NCBI GenBank assembly: GCA_047495785.1 | Contig: JBLDXI010000054.1 | Location: forward strand, 3,658,001-3,722,000 | DNA from: Lepidodermella squamata | Taxonomy: Eukaryota; Animalia; Gastrotricha | Length of the DNA stretch: 64,000 bases | Direction: 5' to 3' | In this document: positions 38,562 through 50,452 of the stretch, in pieces | How the letters are laid out: every line of letters starts with the position of its first letter | Numbering within the stretch: position 1 is the stretch's first letter | Notes under the pieces: generated by a model | Told to the model about the DNA's origin: nothing | What the model saw: only the letters and a program-made list of their open reading frames with translations | Databases searched by the model: none | Position numbers and translations under genes: made by a program

Positions 38562-40680
38562 ATGGGTCAATTTATCAATTTTATCGTCCGGTTGCTGTTG
38601 CTGGCGACTGCAGTTTGTAACGCTTCGTATTTTAAACACCTTGCCTCGTATTGGCGGTCGATCGAAGAGCGGTTTCTCAGCGGTGTTGATATCGATGACA
38701 TATTCGATGGCGATGCGTTGTTCGAGGGGACACCCTGCCGCGGCTTCACGGCGTGCCTGCGGTCGAGCGGTGTCGATTTCGCCGAGTACGGCAATAACCG
38801 GTGTCAAAACTTGACGCGACTATTCAATTGTTACATCAAGGTGAAGACAGACTGCGCGAAGAAGAACCTTGCCGGCTGGCAGCATATTTTCGAAGCCGAC
38901 AGCGATAGGTTCGCCCTACCTCTACCATCTCTGCACCGATTCAGCACCGAATGCGAAGCTGGAGATGCTCTATACCCAATTTTACAAGATTGTAAGTTCA
39001 TTTTTATTGCCTTAATTTACCACAAAAATGACCGAAATTCAGCATCAATTCAAAGCTCAAAAGCTTAAATTAAGGTCGATCCTATAAATCATCGATAATA
39101 GTTCGCCTTAATCCTAGATAATTGCCCTAGGACTGTACCAATATTGATAGGGACGAATTAAGGCTAAAATAGAGTCCGTTTTTCTATTTTTCTATAAAAA
39201 AGGCGATCGAGTGGAATTTTTTATTGAGGATTTTTTGCGCGCATTTGAAAAAATCGGGAAAATAATTTTAATTAATTATAAAAAAACGGCAAAATAAGTA
39301 TAAATCCGAATATTGTTGTATTTTTCGAAAATTAAAATTCGAAAATTTAAAATTTAAAATTAATTTTTTTCAGTAAAACGCAATAACCCAACATTGGACT
39401 CGCAGTGCCAGAGCGAGGATCCGCTTCGGAAATACTTCGCGACGGGCATGGTGAATCGTGAGCTGGTTTACGACGCTCCGGCCCAACTGCCGCCTGATGT
39501 CGATGATACGCCGATGCGGCTGTCGTGCCGGTTCTTCCTATCGGCCATCAACGAGGGCTACTTCGCCTACCGCATCGACAAATCAGGCCCTAACGCCTGC
39601 TACCCCACCCTGCTGCACAGAACCTGCTCCGCCCTGGACATGGCTAGTCCCAACTTCGTAAAACACTGCAAAATACTCCTAGGATCGGCGACCCAGCCAC
39701 CGACGCCCACAGCACCCTCCCCACCCGTCACCCCGTCCTTCTACCCGGAGAGCTGCCATCATTTAATGCAGACAGCTGCCTCGCCAGATCTCGCCACTCT
39801 GCGGTACAGCAACAACCGCAGATTTGCCGGGTTCGTTCGAGAGGACGCCGTTTTCCCCGTCCGGCCTCGCATCGCCTACAGCCCAGCCGATGAGGCCGGC
39901 CTGCCGCCAGAGAAATGCCAGTTGTCCGAACTCGGCTGGATAACCCTACTCGCTAATCAATTCTACAAAATCTCCGGACTCATTAAAAAGAACGGCACCC
40001 AGGGTTACCTTGTCGAGGTCGAGGTTCAACTATTCCGCGAACCAGCGAATGGGACAGTCGTAACAACCCCCAGCTCGCCGTCAACCACCAGTAAGGTGAC
40101 GGTGATCACAGTCCCCCAGGTTCAGCATACCACGCAAGCCGGGGCGCTGCATGATCTAGCCGGGCATGGCACGATGCGGTTGCGGAATGTTAATAACATC
40201 GGGACATTAGCAATGATTCGGCTCTACAACAGCCGGACAAACTGCGCGCTGTTGCGCTACACGGGCCTCGATCGGTACCACCTTCGGTGCCGGCTGCCGT
40301 TCGACCTCGTCTCGCGCTCGTTCGGCCTCCTAGTCGACGGTTGTGAATCGGTTTCGTCCAAGTCACAGGATTCGAAGGTATATAACGCTTTTTCCTCCGA
40401 AATTGTCGTCTATAATTCCGATATTTTTTTCCAGCCCCAGGAGCGAGAAGGCGATATGTTGCTGCAAAAGCTGCTCGAATACGACTTGACCCTCGTAACG
40501 GAGGCTGTATTTGACCTAGAAAAAGACTCTGGCTTCTGGTCACCGAAGCGTATCACTTCACAGGTTGCTAGCCAATCTGCGGCTGCAGCGTCGACAATCT
40601 CCCGGCAACCGATTTTGCCCTCAATTCTTGTGTGTCTCGTCACTTTTCTATTAGGGATGTCATTATTCTCATCGCACTAG
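38562..40680 (+). CDS. Secreted, probably GPI-anchored Cys-rich protein; divergent RGM/VWD-like
   Basis: Signal peptide; exons 38562-38991 and 39374-40680 join in frame over a GT-AG intron. N-terminal CQNLTRLFNCYIKVKTDC; RGM-like segments KCQLSELGWITLLANQF, TTSKVTVI and RCRLPFDLV..GLLVDGC; small-residue omega region followed by a hydrophobic C-terminal tail. Confidence 0.75.
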
Positions 40681-41887
40681 CCCTTACCCGCTACTATACT
40701 ACTCCTTTTAGCAATTTTCAAACTTTTTGCCAAAATCCTGATGTTTTACCGTATATTGTGGGCTCATTTTACCGTTAAACTCAGCACGTTTCCTGCCCTG
40801 AAATTCATCATGGAGCGAATCGGGACTTCATGAGCACCTATAATCAGAATTTCTGTGAACAATGCGATGAAAAACTCCTTTCTTTTCCTGTTTTTTCGCG
40901 AGAAGAAAACACGCTCAAAACAAAAAACTTTGCATTTGGTTCTGCGATGTAATTTTTGATAGTTTGCAAACATAGTATTATTGTAATACCTTCAACTGCA
41001 CGTCCTTGGTTATTTGGTTACAACAGGAAGAAAACGGCTGTCAACTTAACAATTATATCAAAACATTTTGAAAAATACCATGTAAAGAACGTTGTTTTAC
41101 TCTGTTTAAAAATTTCAGCAAAAAATTCTAATTTATTCTCGAAAATTTTCTATTAAAAAATCTGCAAGTCGCCACTATCCTTTGTTGGCTCTTTTTCGTC
41201 GCGGATACGTATTATAGGAAATTCGATGAATTTCCCTGGACCTCTATAATGTTGATAAATCACCTGCGTCTGTTATATGCTTCATGTTTTTAAGACGATC
41301 ATGACACAAAAATCGTACTTGTAAATAATCGGCGTCAACATCATGAATCGAGGAAGTTTTTTGGTCGTGACAAAACCGTATATGATTGATTATATACAAT
41401 ATCGCGAGAGCGTTACCTTGGCAAGAAATTTTTTTTATATAAAAAGAATGAGCGAAAAAATAAAATATTGCAAAAGAAGTACAACTCCGCTGCCGGGCTT
41501 GTTTTTATTTATGAGATAATTATAATTGATTAATTAAACTGGGTGCTTCGGCTCGCAAATATTTGAGCGGTGCGCAAAACACATAGGCGCACGACATCTG
41601 GCTAAATATTTACGACTTTTATACGCACGTGGTGGTGGCAGAAAAATGTCGACGCCGATTTTCAGCGAAATAATTTAATAAGGGCTCTAAGCATAGGTGC
41701 GAATTAGGCGGTGCAAAATTTATTCGAGCCACCTTAAAATGGCGCAAAGTTCACGCTCACACCTTTTACGACGGCTGGTAGGCGTCAGGTATGCGCTCTT
41801 AAATTGTATCAAAAGGATTTGCAGTGACATCGCGGGATAAAATGGGGATAAAAATTGCGAAAAAGTGCGAAAATCAGACGGAAAAAA

Positions 41888-43112
41888 ATGAGAGTAACCT
41901 TGTTGCTTTTCTCAACTTGCATCGGATTATCAGAGCTCCACGTTTTACGAAAATTCAGCGGAGCTAAAGACCAGGATTGTTTCAATCCAAACTCAAAGCG
42001 ATTTGATAGAAGAATAGCCGGCGGTCGCATTTCTACGTTGCAAAAATGGCCATTTTTCGTGAGCATCCTCCGCGCCTCAAAGGACACTGTTGATACTTCA
42101 AGACCGTGTGAAGACTGCGCAAGAATTTGTGGCGGAGCTTTAATCAGTCCTGATATCGTTATAACTGCCGCTCATTGCTTCTCGTAAGAGTTATGATCGA
42201 ATGTGCGATTTTCATTCAATTTTTTACAGAGATTTCGCCAAGCAACTGGTCAAAAAACTCAAGAAATCACGCTCTCTGAAGTCACTTCCAGTAGTCAATG
42301 TTAACAACCACATCGTAATTCAAGGAAATTCATCTTCCAAGATCGAATCGATTGTTATTCATTCTGGATGGCTCAAGACAGGTAACTTAGGAGTTATGTC
42401 CTATATATCAAACTTGCCGGGTTTTTTTTTGTTAAGAAAATGCTCGTCTTGATAAGAATGGCTTCGAATATTGTGCAATATTCGGTGACGATATCGCAAT
42501 TTTAAAGCTGGAAAAGCCTTTGCGACGTGATTTTGACGGCGAAGACGCGCCATGCTTGCCCGACAGCGATCCCGACTTCGACTTGTCCCTTGACCGGTGT
42601 GAATTAGCTGGCAGAGGTGATACCGGACAAGGCCCACTCCAGTTCTCTGATCCGTTGAAGTCCGTAGCGCTTGATGTCCTTCCTTTGAAGAAATGTTTCG
42701 ATGCTTTCAACACAAAATCGACTGTTTTACAACGGAGTATTGATGGTCAAACGTTATGTGTGCAGAATAAAAATGTTGGAAATGGACCCTGTCAGGTAGG
42801 AACTTTGCATATTTTGAATCTATATTGATATTCGGGATTCAGGGCGATTCCGGTGGCCCAATGCTGTGCTACTCAAAGTCTTCTAAAGCCTATCAATTGG
42901 CTGGAATAGTCTCGGTGGGAGATCACTTAGATTCATGCGGTAAAAACTCGAAACCTGATTTAATGACATCGGTATCAGCTTATCGTGATTGGATTGATGA
43001 AGTTCTCAATTTCCTGCGACGAAATCGTAAACTAGAAAGCCTGTTCTATTGGCCGAAAGTTGATTTCGAAGCTACGGCTGAAGAACTAAAAAGCTCCAAT
43101 CATTGCGAATAA
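41888..43112 (+). CDS. S1A (chymotrypsin-fold) serine protease zymogen
   Basis: Signal peptide, RR/IAGG activation site, TAAHC, DDIAILKL, GDSGGP. Introns 42184-42229, 42382-42436 and 42796-42842 restore one frame. Confidence 0.92.
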
Positions 43113-43350
43113 ACAATTTTAAAGAATATGCAGTAAAACTTGACTGAGCAGATTTACTTTATTTGAAAAAAACGAATCGTTTTTAGCTAAAAAAATGCCT
43201 GATGTACAACGTCAGCCAGCGAGGCAATAAAAACTTTAAAATGATTAGAACACAATTTTTTACATTAAATGAACAGCAGGAAGAGGTGAAGTCAAATGAA
43301 AGGTTGAGAAAATGAAGGTATAGTTCTGAGCTATGGTTATTGTGGTAGTG

Positions 43351-43863
43351 CTATTTATACATAAGTTTTAGCTCTTCTGGGCAAGAAAGCAGGGTGATTA
43401 CAACGCGTTCATCCTGTCGCTGGTACAGCATTTCGCCAGGAAATGACACGATACCGTGCTTGCGGGCTCGCAGCAGGATTCCGACCAACTTGTTCGAGAT
43501 TTTGTTGTACAACGAAAATAGCTCGCCAAATGTCATCTTACGGGTGCCGTCGTCCTGCGCGACACCATACGTTTTCAACACGTAGCAGAGCTCCACAACT
43601 TCTGAGCTGATATGCTCGTGAGCCTATACAAAACAATTCGATTGGAAAAATTCTGAAAAATCTTCCTTAAAAAATTATTAATCAAATACCTTGATGCCTC
43701 GCTTTTCTGTTAATGAGCCCTCGGGCGGTTTGCCGTAGCTGGCGTCATTTTTCGAAGGTTTCACCGAGTCGACGCTGTAGACTTCATCGTTGAAGGGGTT
43801 GCGCGACTGGTACTCGCGATGTCGATCAGCGAATTGTTCCCACTTTTGTTTTATTGTAATCAT
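43351..43863 (-). CDS. ABRA: Actin-binding Rho-activating protein (STARS), short invertebrate form with Costars domain
   Basis: YGKPPEGSLTEKRG and FGELFSLYNKISNKLVGILLRARKHGIVSFPGEMLYQRQD; intron 43624-43689 in frame. Confidence 0.9.
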
Positions 43864-44938
43864 CAATCAAAAAATGAGAATTTCTAAAACAAAGCAATTC
43901 AGCGGTTTCATTCAAACATAGTGAGGATGTGGAACATTCTAGACTTGTTCCGGTTTTTTTAATGAGACGGTATGGCTATGATTTATTATTTAACCTGAAA
44001 CGACGATATGTTTTCCTTGGCATAATTTCTAGCGCGTGATTTTCCAGTAGAAAACTTGCTTGAGAGCCTATCAAAACACGCCGGAAAAACGGTACGAAAA
44101 TACAGCAATTATCTGATGATAAATTAATGTTTTAGCTAAAACTACGTCAGCGGGACTGTTATTAGTAGTTTTATTTATGTATAATAGAAGAGAAAAAATT
44201 AGTTGGACCAGTAGGTCGAGTGAAACTGCGAGAAAAGAGTGATGCGCTCACGTGGAGCGAGCGGTGAAAAAATGTGTGTTCATACACAAGCCAAAGAATG
44301 TTCCTTGTTCGGCAGATTCTCCGTTAAGAAGCTCATAAGGTAGTTCCCATGTGTTTTCATTATGCCAGTTGCAGCAGGCTCCGCATTAAAGCGGCCAGTA
44401 TCATTATACTAAGCCGCTAATAGTTACCGCTCATTTTTCGCCAGAGAAAAAAAAGCGGCCTAGAATACAGCTACTCGTAAGGCATTATACTTCGGTAAAT
44501 ATCTTTGTAACGCCAGCTAGTAGTGGTGGTATAATAGTGTATGAATTGGCATTCGGAAGTGTACAAACCGCGTGGCGATAAGTTCGTTTTTTTTCCTGTT
44601 GCGGATAAAAAATTACGCCTATTATAATTGAAAAGAGTGTTTACCCCTTCCAGAAAAAGCCGGGTCATTCAGTGCTCTTTGATCACGTTTATTTTATCAA
44701 ATCCGTGGGTCCTCGGCCACAAAAATTGCGCATAGCAGTAGTATCAGTAGTTCTAAGCAAAAACACGGGTCTCCGGCAATAAAATGTTTGGCAAGTCAAA
44801 CGGAAACGCGAAAAAATCATCACCGAAAAATTGAGCTTAATACAAGTAGTGGAAAAACGAACAATAAGAGAGAGAAGAAAATTCTTACACAATCAAAATT
44901 TCACATAGCGGCAGTAATAAGAGAGAGCACAGAAAAAT

Positions 44939-47164
44939 CTATGGAGATGCAGCACTCTCGTTTTCTGAAAGCATGTCAACATTGGCAGAATTCGATTTAC
45001 TGTTCAGGCGCTGTTCGGACAACAAAGATGCAGCCGGCGAGTAGCTACCGGGGGGTTTTTGCGTTTTCGTAATAAGCGACTCCGATTCGTCGGTCAACAT
45101 AGCAATTTCGTCGTTTTGAGCCTGATGCCACACCTCGCTCTCGTCCTCACTCTCCGCATTCGCAGAGGGCAGCTCCGGTAAATCGATCATTGAGCTATTC
45201 CTCGCTAAACTCCCAGCCATCACAACATCTTCGGCGTTTGGGTTAAGGTGGTTGTTGCGCCTGGAGCGGGTAACAGAGCCACTGTTCAAACAATCACTAG
45301 CGTCCAACGTACCTCGCAACGGGGGCGAGGAGAACTCGCTCAGTTCCATCGCTTCCATAGGCTCGGCTTCTGCCTCTCCGATTAGCACTGGCTGCTGAGG
45401 TTGTTGCCGTGCGCGAGAAACGCCTCGGCGACGATTACGAACAGCTCGTTTCCTAATCCGAGGTTCCGTCGTCGACGGCCCGGCCTCGACCGGGATTTGA
45501 ACGGTCGACTGTTGGGGACTTTGTAATTTCATAGTTCCGCGGCACATTGTTGATCCGCAAAGACAACTTTCCATATCAGTTGAGCTGCCTTGCATCATGT
45601 AGTCAAATGTGAGCTCTTCAAACACTTCAATGTCTCGATTAGCAAAAAATCCGATGCGAGGCAAGTCTGGATGTTGGCAATCCACGTAAACTGCCAGACT
45701 GCTGAGATTCGCATCTCCACAGCGAGAGTTGATAAACCTTGATAGATTGCCCAGGGTCATAGCATCAATTGTGTATTGACCATCGCCCTAAAAAAAAGCA
45801 GACAAATCATCATGATAACCGAATAAGTGCATTAGGAACTAACCTCCGAGTTGAAATCGAGGTCAAACAAGTAGTGATTTCCTTCTCGTTCATCAGCCTG
45901 TGCCGATGTGATGACTTCGCCGACGTATTCAATGACGAACTCGCCGCGTTTAATCGGCCGCAGCGTTTTCAAGCCCCAGCCTCGACCTTTCGTTTTAAAA
46001 AGCTGCATTGGTATTGAGAGGCCTTTTTGCAGAACGCGATTCGAACAAGTTTCAGGCGTGCATTTACATCTGGAGGTGCATTCGTAGATGGCTTGACTTC
46101 TTTGGTGATCGATCAGCGTGTTTGGAACGTCATCGCGGTAGGCGAAAGAGACGCCAGCCTGCTGAGAACAGCACTTTCGCGTACCGGGTACGCACGAACG
46201 GCAGGCACAACCAACAAGAGATTCGAGAACGTCTGGTGAAATGTCTGGAGCAGTGTATCGATTAGTAACAATATATTCAAAACCGGGAGGTAACTGAGGA
46301 ATAGGTTCGTCATCTTCATCGTTAACAATCTGTAATCATATTCAAGTCTTAAAATCATTTCCAAATCCAAGCAAACTAATTTTCGAACCTCGACTCGGAT
46401 GTTCTCCAATTGAGAGAGCTTCCATTCCAGCCGTTTCCGAGCAATCATGCCCCTTGACATCTTCGAAGCGATTTCGCTCAAACCACATGGAACTGTGAGA
46501 TGCTGTGGAAACAAGTCTTTCCGTAAAATTGCTTCGTCTTTCTTGAAGAGGCCAAGATTCATTTCTTTGTCCAACCGCTTCATCATCTCAATAAAAACGG
46601 GCCACGAAAGGTGTTTCGCCAACGAGCGAGACATGTCAGCCATTTCATCCGCGGTTATGTTACGCTTCTTTCCGGCGTTTGTTTCCGCATTTACTGCACT
46701 ACCCTCGTCCGGGGCGTCCGATTCGCTGAATGCATTATCGTTAACTGGGTTCGTATTAGCTGCAACTCTGGCTTTGTAATCCGCCATTAATGCCGGGCTA
46801 AGTTTATAAACATTGGGACGCTCCCAACTCGCGAACGAAGCCGGCCAGTCTTTCCATTTTAATAAATACCATTCCTAATGCCAGGACAATTGTTCAATTT
46901 ATTCGCCAATTTAAATAGTTGTTTAATTACCCCATCGTCGATTACAATGTCGAGCAACTTGTCAACTTCCCATTCTTCGTTAACAAGTTCTGGTTGTTTC
47001 GTCATTTTTTTCAACACTGAATAGCTTTTGGATCCAAGGCGCTGCAAAATGCTAAGGATCATTTCTTCGTGATCCTGCCTCGCGAATCTTCCTTGGCAAG
47101 TTTTGCGCGGAGGAGGAGACGGAGTTGATCGGGATGATATGCTGTTGCTTAGCGACTCATCCAT
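44939..47164 (-). CDS. SUV39H/Su(var)3-9-like chromodomain + pre-SET/SET/post-SET protein, about 684 aa
   Basis: Exons 47164-46931, 46874-46389, 46329-45844 and 45787-44939. Chromodomain WEVDKLLD..YLLKWKDWPASFASWE; pre-SET GCAC..CC..IYECTSRCKC..CSNRVLQKG; SET GRGWG..EYVGE..YLFDLD..RFINSRC..ELTFDY; post-SET CLCGSTMCRG. Confidence 0.92.
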
Positions 47165-48155
47165 TTTCAACAAACGAGATAATATCTATCGATAGCATTA
47201 AATGATAAATGCATTAATTAATCAATACGTATGAGTTCACGAAGACTGCATGAAGATGATTGCAGACACAAGATAGATCCCAAGTTGAATTTCCTTCAAT
47301 TAGCATCGCGTCACCCTTCACCATTCACCATACAAACATAACTAATAGCGCAGAAGGCTAATTTCTGAAAGAGACGCTGACTTTGTAAAATAATTACACA
47401 AGGAAAAAAGGAAACCCGGAAGCTTGCAGCGGTGGGTATAACCGTGACGGGTGACGTACTCCGGACTCCGGAACGTCCCGATGGCTGAAGTCCTCGGCAC
47501 CTGAACAAGAAAGAGGCGTGCGCTTTGCCTTTTCGCGGGGAATTATTTAAATATTACAAAAAATGCATTAATAATCATATTAAAACAAAATAAGTTCTTG
47601 AGAACTCTGCAAATATTTATGTGATGATTTTTAGCGGTATTATGATAAGTCCGCGTCCCAAAAAATGTCTTTTCCGCTGAGGGTGTGTCCGCCGCTCATA
47701 TTTTGGCCCGATATTTGAAGTCTGGCACCTTGGAAAATTACATTTTAGGCAATTACATAATCCCATTGTAGTATGATCGTCTAGATTAACGCGAAACTTT
47801 TGAAATTCTTTCTTAGCAATTTTTTGTGAGCGATTGAACGTTATACTTGAGTTCCTATTAGTCCAACATCCTGGAGAAAATTGACCCACTTACTACTGTT
47901 CGATTTCCCGTAGACGGGCAAAAAAATTTGACCGACTTGATGTTGAATGGCTGATTCCCCAGCAAGTCGGTCATATTTTTCTAACCAGCTCCTTTTAAAC
48001 CGCAACCTGATAGCAGTAGGTCGTAGAACACAACTGTCAACTCTTTTTCTGTTTTGCTATACTTTTGTCACCATGTACATACCATTTTTCCTTTGTTCAT
48101 ATATTGACATTTCACGACTCGTCATTTTTTGTCACCTAGGCTTATATAAAATAAA

Positions 48156-48998
48156 ATGGCTCGTGTTGCAGTTGTAACTGGATCAAACAAAGGCATCGGG
48201 TTTGAAGTCGTCAAGCAGCTTTGCGAAAAGAATCCGTCATGGATCGTATATCTGACATCTCGCGATACTGGGCGCGGTCAAGAAGCCATCAAAGAATTGA
48301 AGTCCAAGGGATTAAACCCGCATTTCCACCAGCTAGATCAAGATTCTGTTGAGAGTATTCACAAATTCGCCGACTTCCTGAAGAAAGAGCATGGTGGACT
48401 AGATGTATTGGTTAACAACGCCGCCATTGCTTACAAAGGAGATTCACCTGCTCCTTTCAACGAGCAAGCCAAGGTCACCAATGCTACAAACTACACCGGG
48501 CTAATCAACGTTTGCAAAGCTTTATTCCCGCTGCTGCGCGATCACGCCCGAGTTGTTAATGTGTCATCTCGAGTTGGCCATATGATTTTCCCGAAATTAT
48601 CGCCCGCACTACAGGACGCTTGGAAAAAATGTGCAACTATTGAAGACGTGGATAAATTGGTCAAGCAATTTGTGGACTTGGCCCAGGAGAACAAGCATGA
48701 AGCGGCTGGTTGGGTCAGTTCAGCATACGGCACGTCAAAAGTCGGAGTAACCGTCGCCACTTACATTCAACAACGCGAATTCGACGCCGATAAATCGCGC
48801 AAGGATATTGTTATCAATGCTTGCTGCCCTGGTTATGTTAAAACTGACATGAGCTCCCACAAGGGGCACAAGGATGTGGCTGATGGTGCCGACACGCTGG
48901 TTTATTTGGCGATGCTGCCTGAAAATATCGAATCACCGCGCGGTCAGTTCGTCAACGAGCGTGTCATCAATAACCTTTTCGACGGTAAAGCATTCTAA
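48156..48998 (+). CDS. Carbonyl reductase (CBR1-like) NADPH-dependent SDR, copy 1
   Basis: TGSNKGIG, DVLVNNAA, VNVSS, YGTSK, CCPGYVKTDM; intronless. Confidence 0.95.
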   Translation: MARVAVVTGSNKGIGFEVVKQLCEKNPSWIVYLTSRDTGRGQEAIKELKSKGLNPHFHQLDQDSVESIHKFADFLKKEHGGLDVLVNNAAIAYKGDSPAPFNEQAKVTNATNYTGLINVCKALFPLLRDHARVVNVSSRVGHMIFPKLSPALQDAWKKCATIEDVDKLVKQFVDLAQENKHEAAGWVSSAYGTSKVGVTVATYIQQREFDADKSRKDIVINACCPGYVKTDMSSHKGHKDVADGADTLVYLAMLPENIESPRGQFVNERVINNLFDGKAF

Positions 48999-49127
48999 CT
49001 TGCAAAATAATGACAATGGCTGTGACATTGAATAATGACAATACCTTGCCTGTGATTATTTTTCGTAATTGTATCTATTCACCATGTCATAATACACTTA
49101 ATTTCACATAGAAATATTTTTTTTGTA

Positions 49128-49227
49128 ATGCAAAGAGTTCAAATCGTGGACTTGGTTTCGCTATCGTCAAATGATTGTGTCAAATTGAGGCGGACTTTGT
49201 GGTTTACTTGACTGCTAGGAATTAATC
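49128..49227 (+). pseudogene. 5' fragment of the third CBR-like gene, left by a tandem duplication
   Basis: Matches 50453-50568 with an internal deletion and a tta>tga change. Confidence 0.85.
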
Positions 49228-49465
49228 GATTTTTCGGAGACGGAGCAAACAATTTGACCGACTTACAGGAGATTCAGCCAGTTAGAATCAAGTCGGTCAA
49301 ATTTTTCTAACCAGATCCTTTTAAACCGCAACCTAAAAGCAGTAGGTAGTAGTAAGCAACTTTAACTATGGTTCCATTTTGCAATATTTTTTCGCCATTC
49401 TTTCGTTCATTTATTGATATTTCACGAGTCGCCATTTTTTGTCACCTAGGCTTATATAGAATAAA

Positions 49466-50308
49466 ATGGCTCGTGTTGCAGTTGTTACTGGATCAAACAA
49501 AGGCATCGGGTTTGAAGTCGTCAAGCAGCTTTGCGAAAAGAATCCTTCGTGGATCGTATACCTTACGTCTCGCGATACTGGGCGCGGTCAAGAAGCCATC
49601 AAAGTATTGAAGTCTAAGGGTTTGAACCCACATTTCCACCAGCTAGATCAAGATTCTGTTGAGAGTATTCACAAATTCGCCGACTTCCTGAAGAAAGAGC
49701 ACGGTGGACTGGATGTATTGGTTAACAACGCCGCCATGTCTTACAAAGCAGATTCGCCGGCTCCGTTCAACGAGCAAGCCATGGTTACCAATGCCACAAA
49801 CTACACTGGGCTAATCAACGTTTGCAAAGCTTTATTTCCGCTGCTACGCGACCACGCCCGAGTTGTTAATGTTTCATCTCGAGCTGGCCATTGGGTTTAC
49901 CAAAAAATATCACCCGCCCTTCAGGATGCTTGGAAAAAATGTGCAACTATCGAAGACGTGGATAAATTGGTCAAGCAATTTGTTGACTTGACCCAGGAGA
50001 ACAAGCATGAAGCGGCAGGTTGGGTCAGTTCGGCGTACGGCACGTCAAAACTCGGCGTAACCATCGCCACTTACATTCAACAACGCGAATTCGACGCTGA
50101 TAAATCGCGCAAGGATATTGTTATCAATGGTTGCTGCCCAGGTCCTGTTAAAACTGACATGAGCTCCCAGAAGGGGGAAAAAGAGGTGGCTGATGGAGCC
50201 GACACGCTGGTTTACCTTGCGATGCTGCCTGAAAATATCGAGTCACCGCGGGGCCAGTTTGTCAACGAGCGTGTCATCAATAATATTTTCGATGGTAAAG
50301 TATTCTAA
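49466..50308 (+). CDS. Carbonyl reductase (CBR1-like) SDR, copy 2 (recent duplicate of copy 1)
   Basis: Near-identical to 48156-48998; YGTSK intact. Confidence 0.95.
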   Translation: MARVAVVTGSNKGIGFEVVKQLCEKNPSWIVYLTSRDTGRGQEAIKVLKSKGLNPHFHQLDQDSVESIHKFADFLKKEHGGLDVLVNNAAMSYKADSPAPFNEQAMVTNATNYTGLINVCKALFPLLRDHARVVNVSSRAGHWVYQKISPALQDAWKKCATIEDVDKLVKQFVDLTQENKHEAAGWVSSAYGTSKLGVTIATYIQQREFDADKSRKDIVINGCCPGPVKTDMSSQKGEKEVADGADTLVYLAMLPENIESPRGQFVNERVINNIFDGKVF

Positions 50309-50452
50309 TTTGCGAAATAATGACAACGGTTGTGACATTTAATGATGACAATACTGTGCCTGTGATTATTTTTTTTTAACTTTTTGTAATTTCGTAATCT
50401 CTCCACCATGTCATAATACACCAAATCTCGCTTAGAATTATATTTTGTTGTA

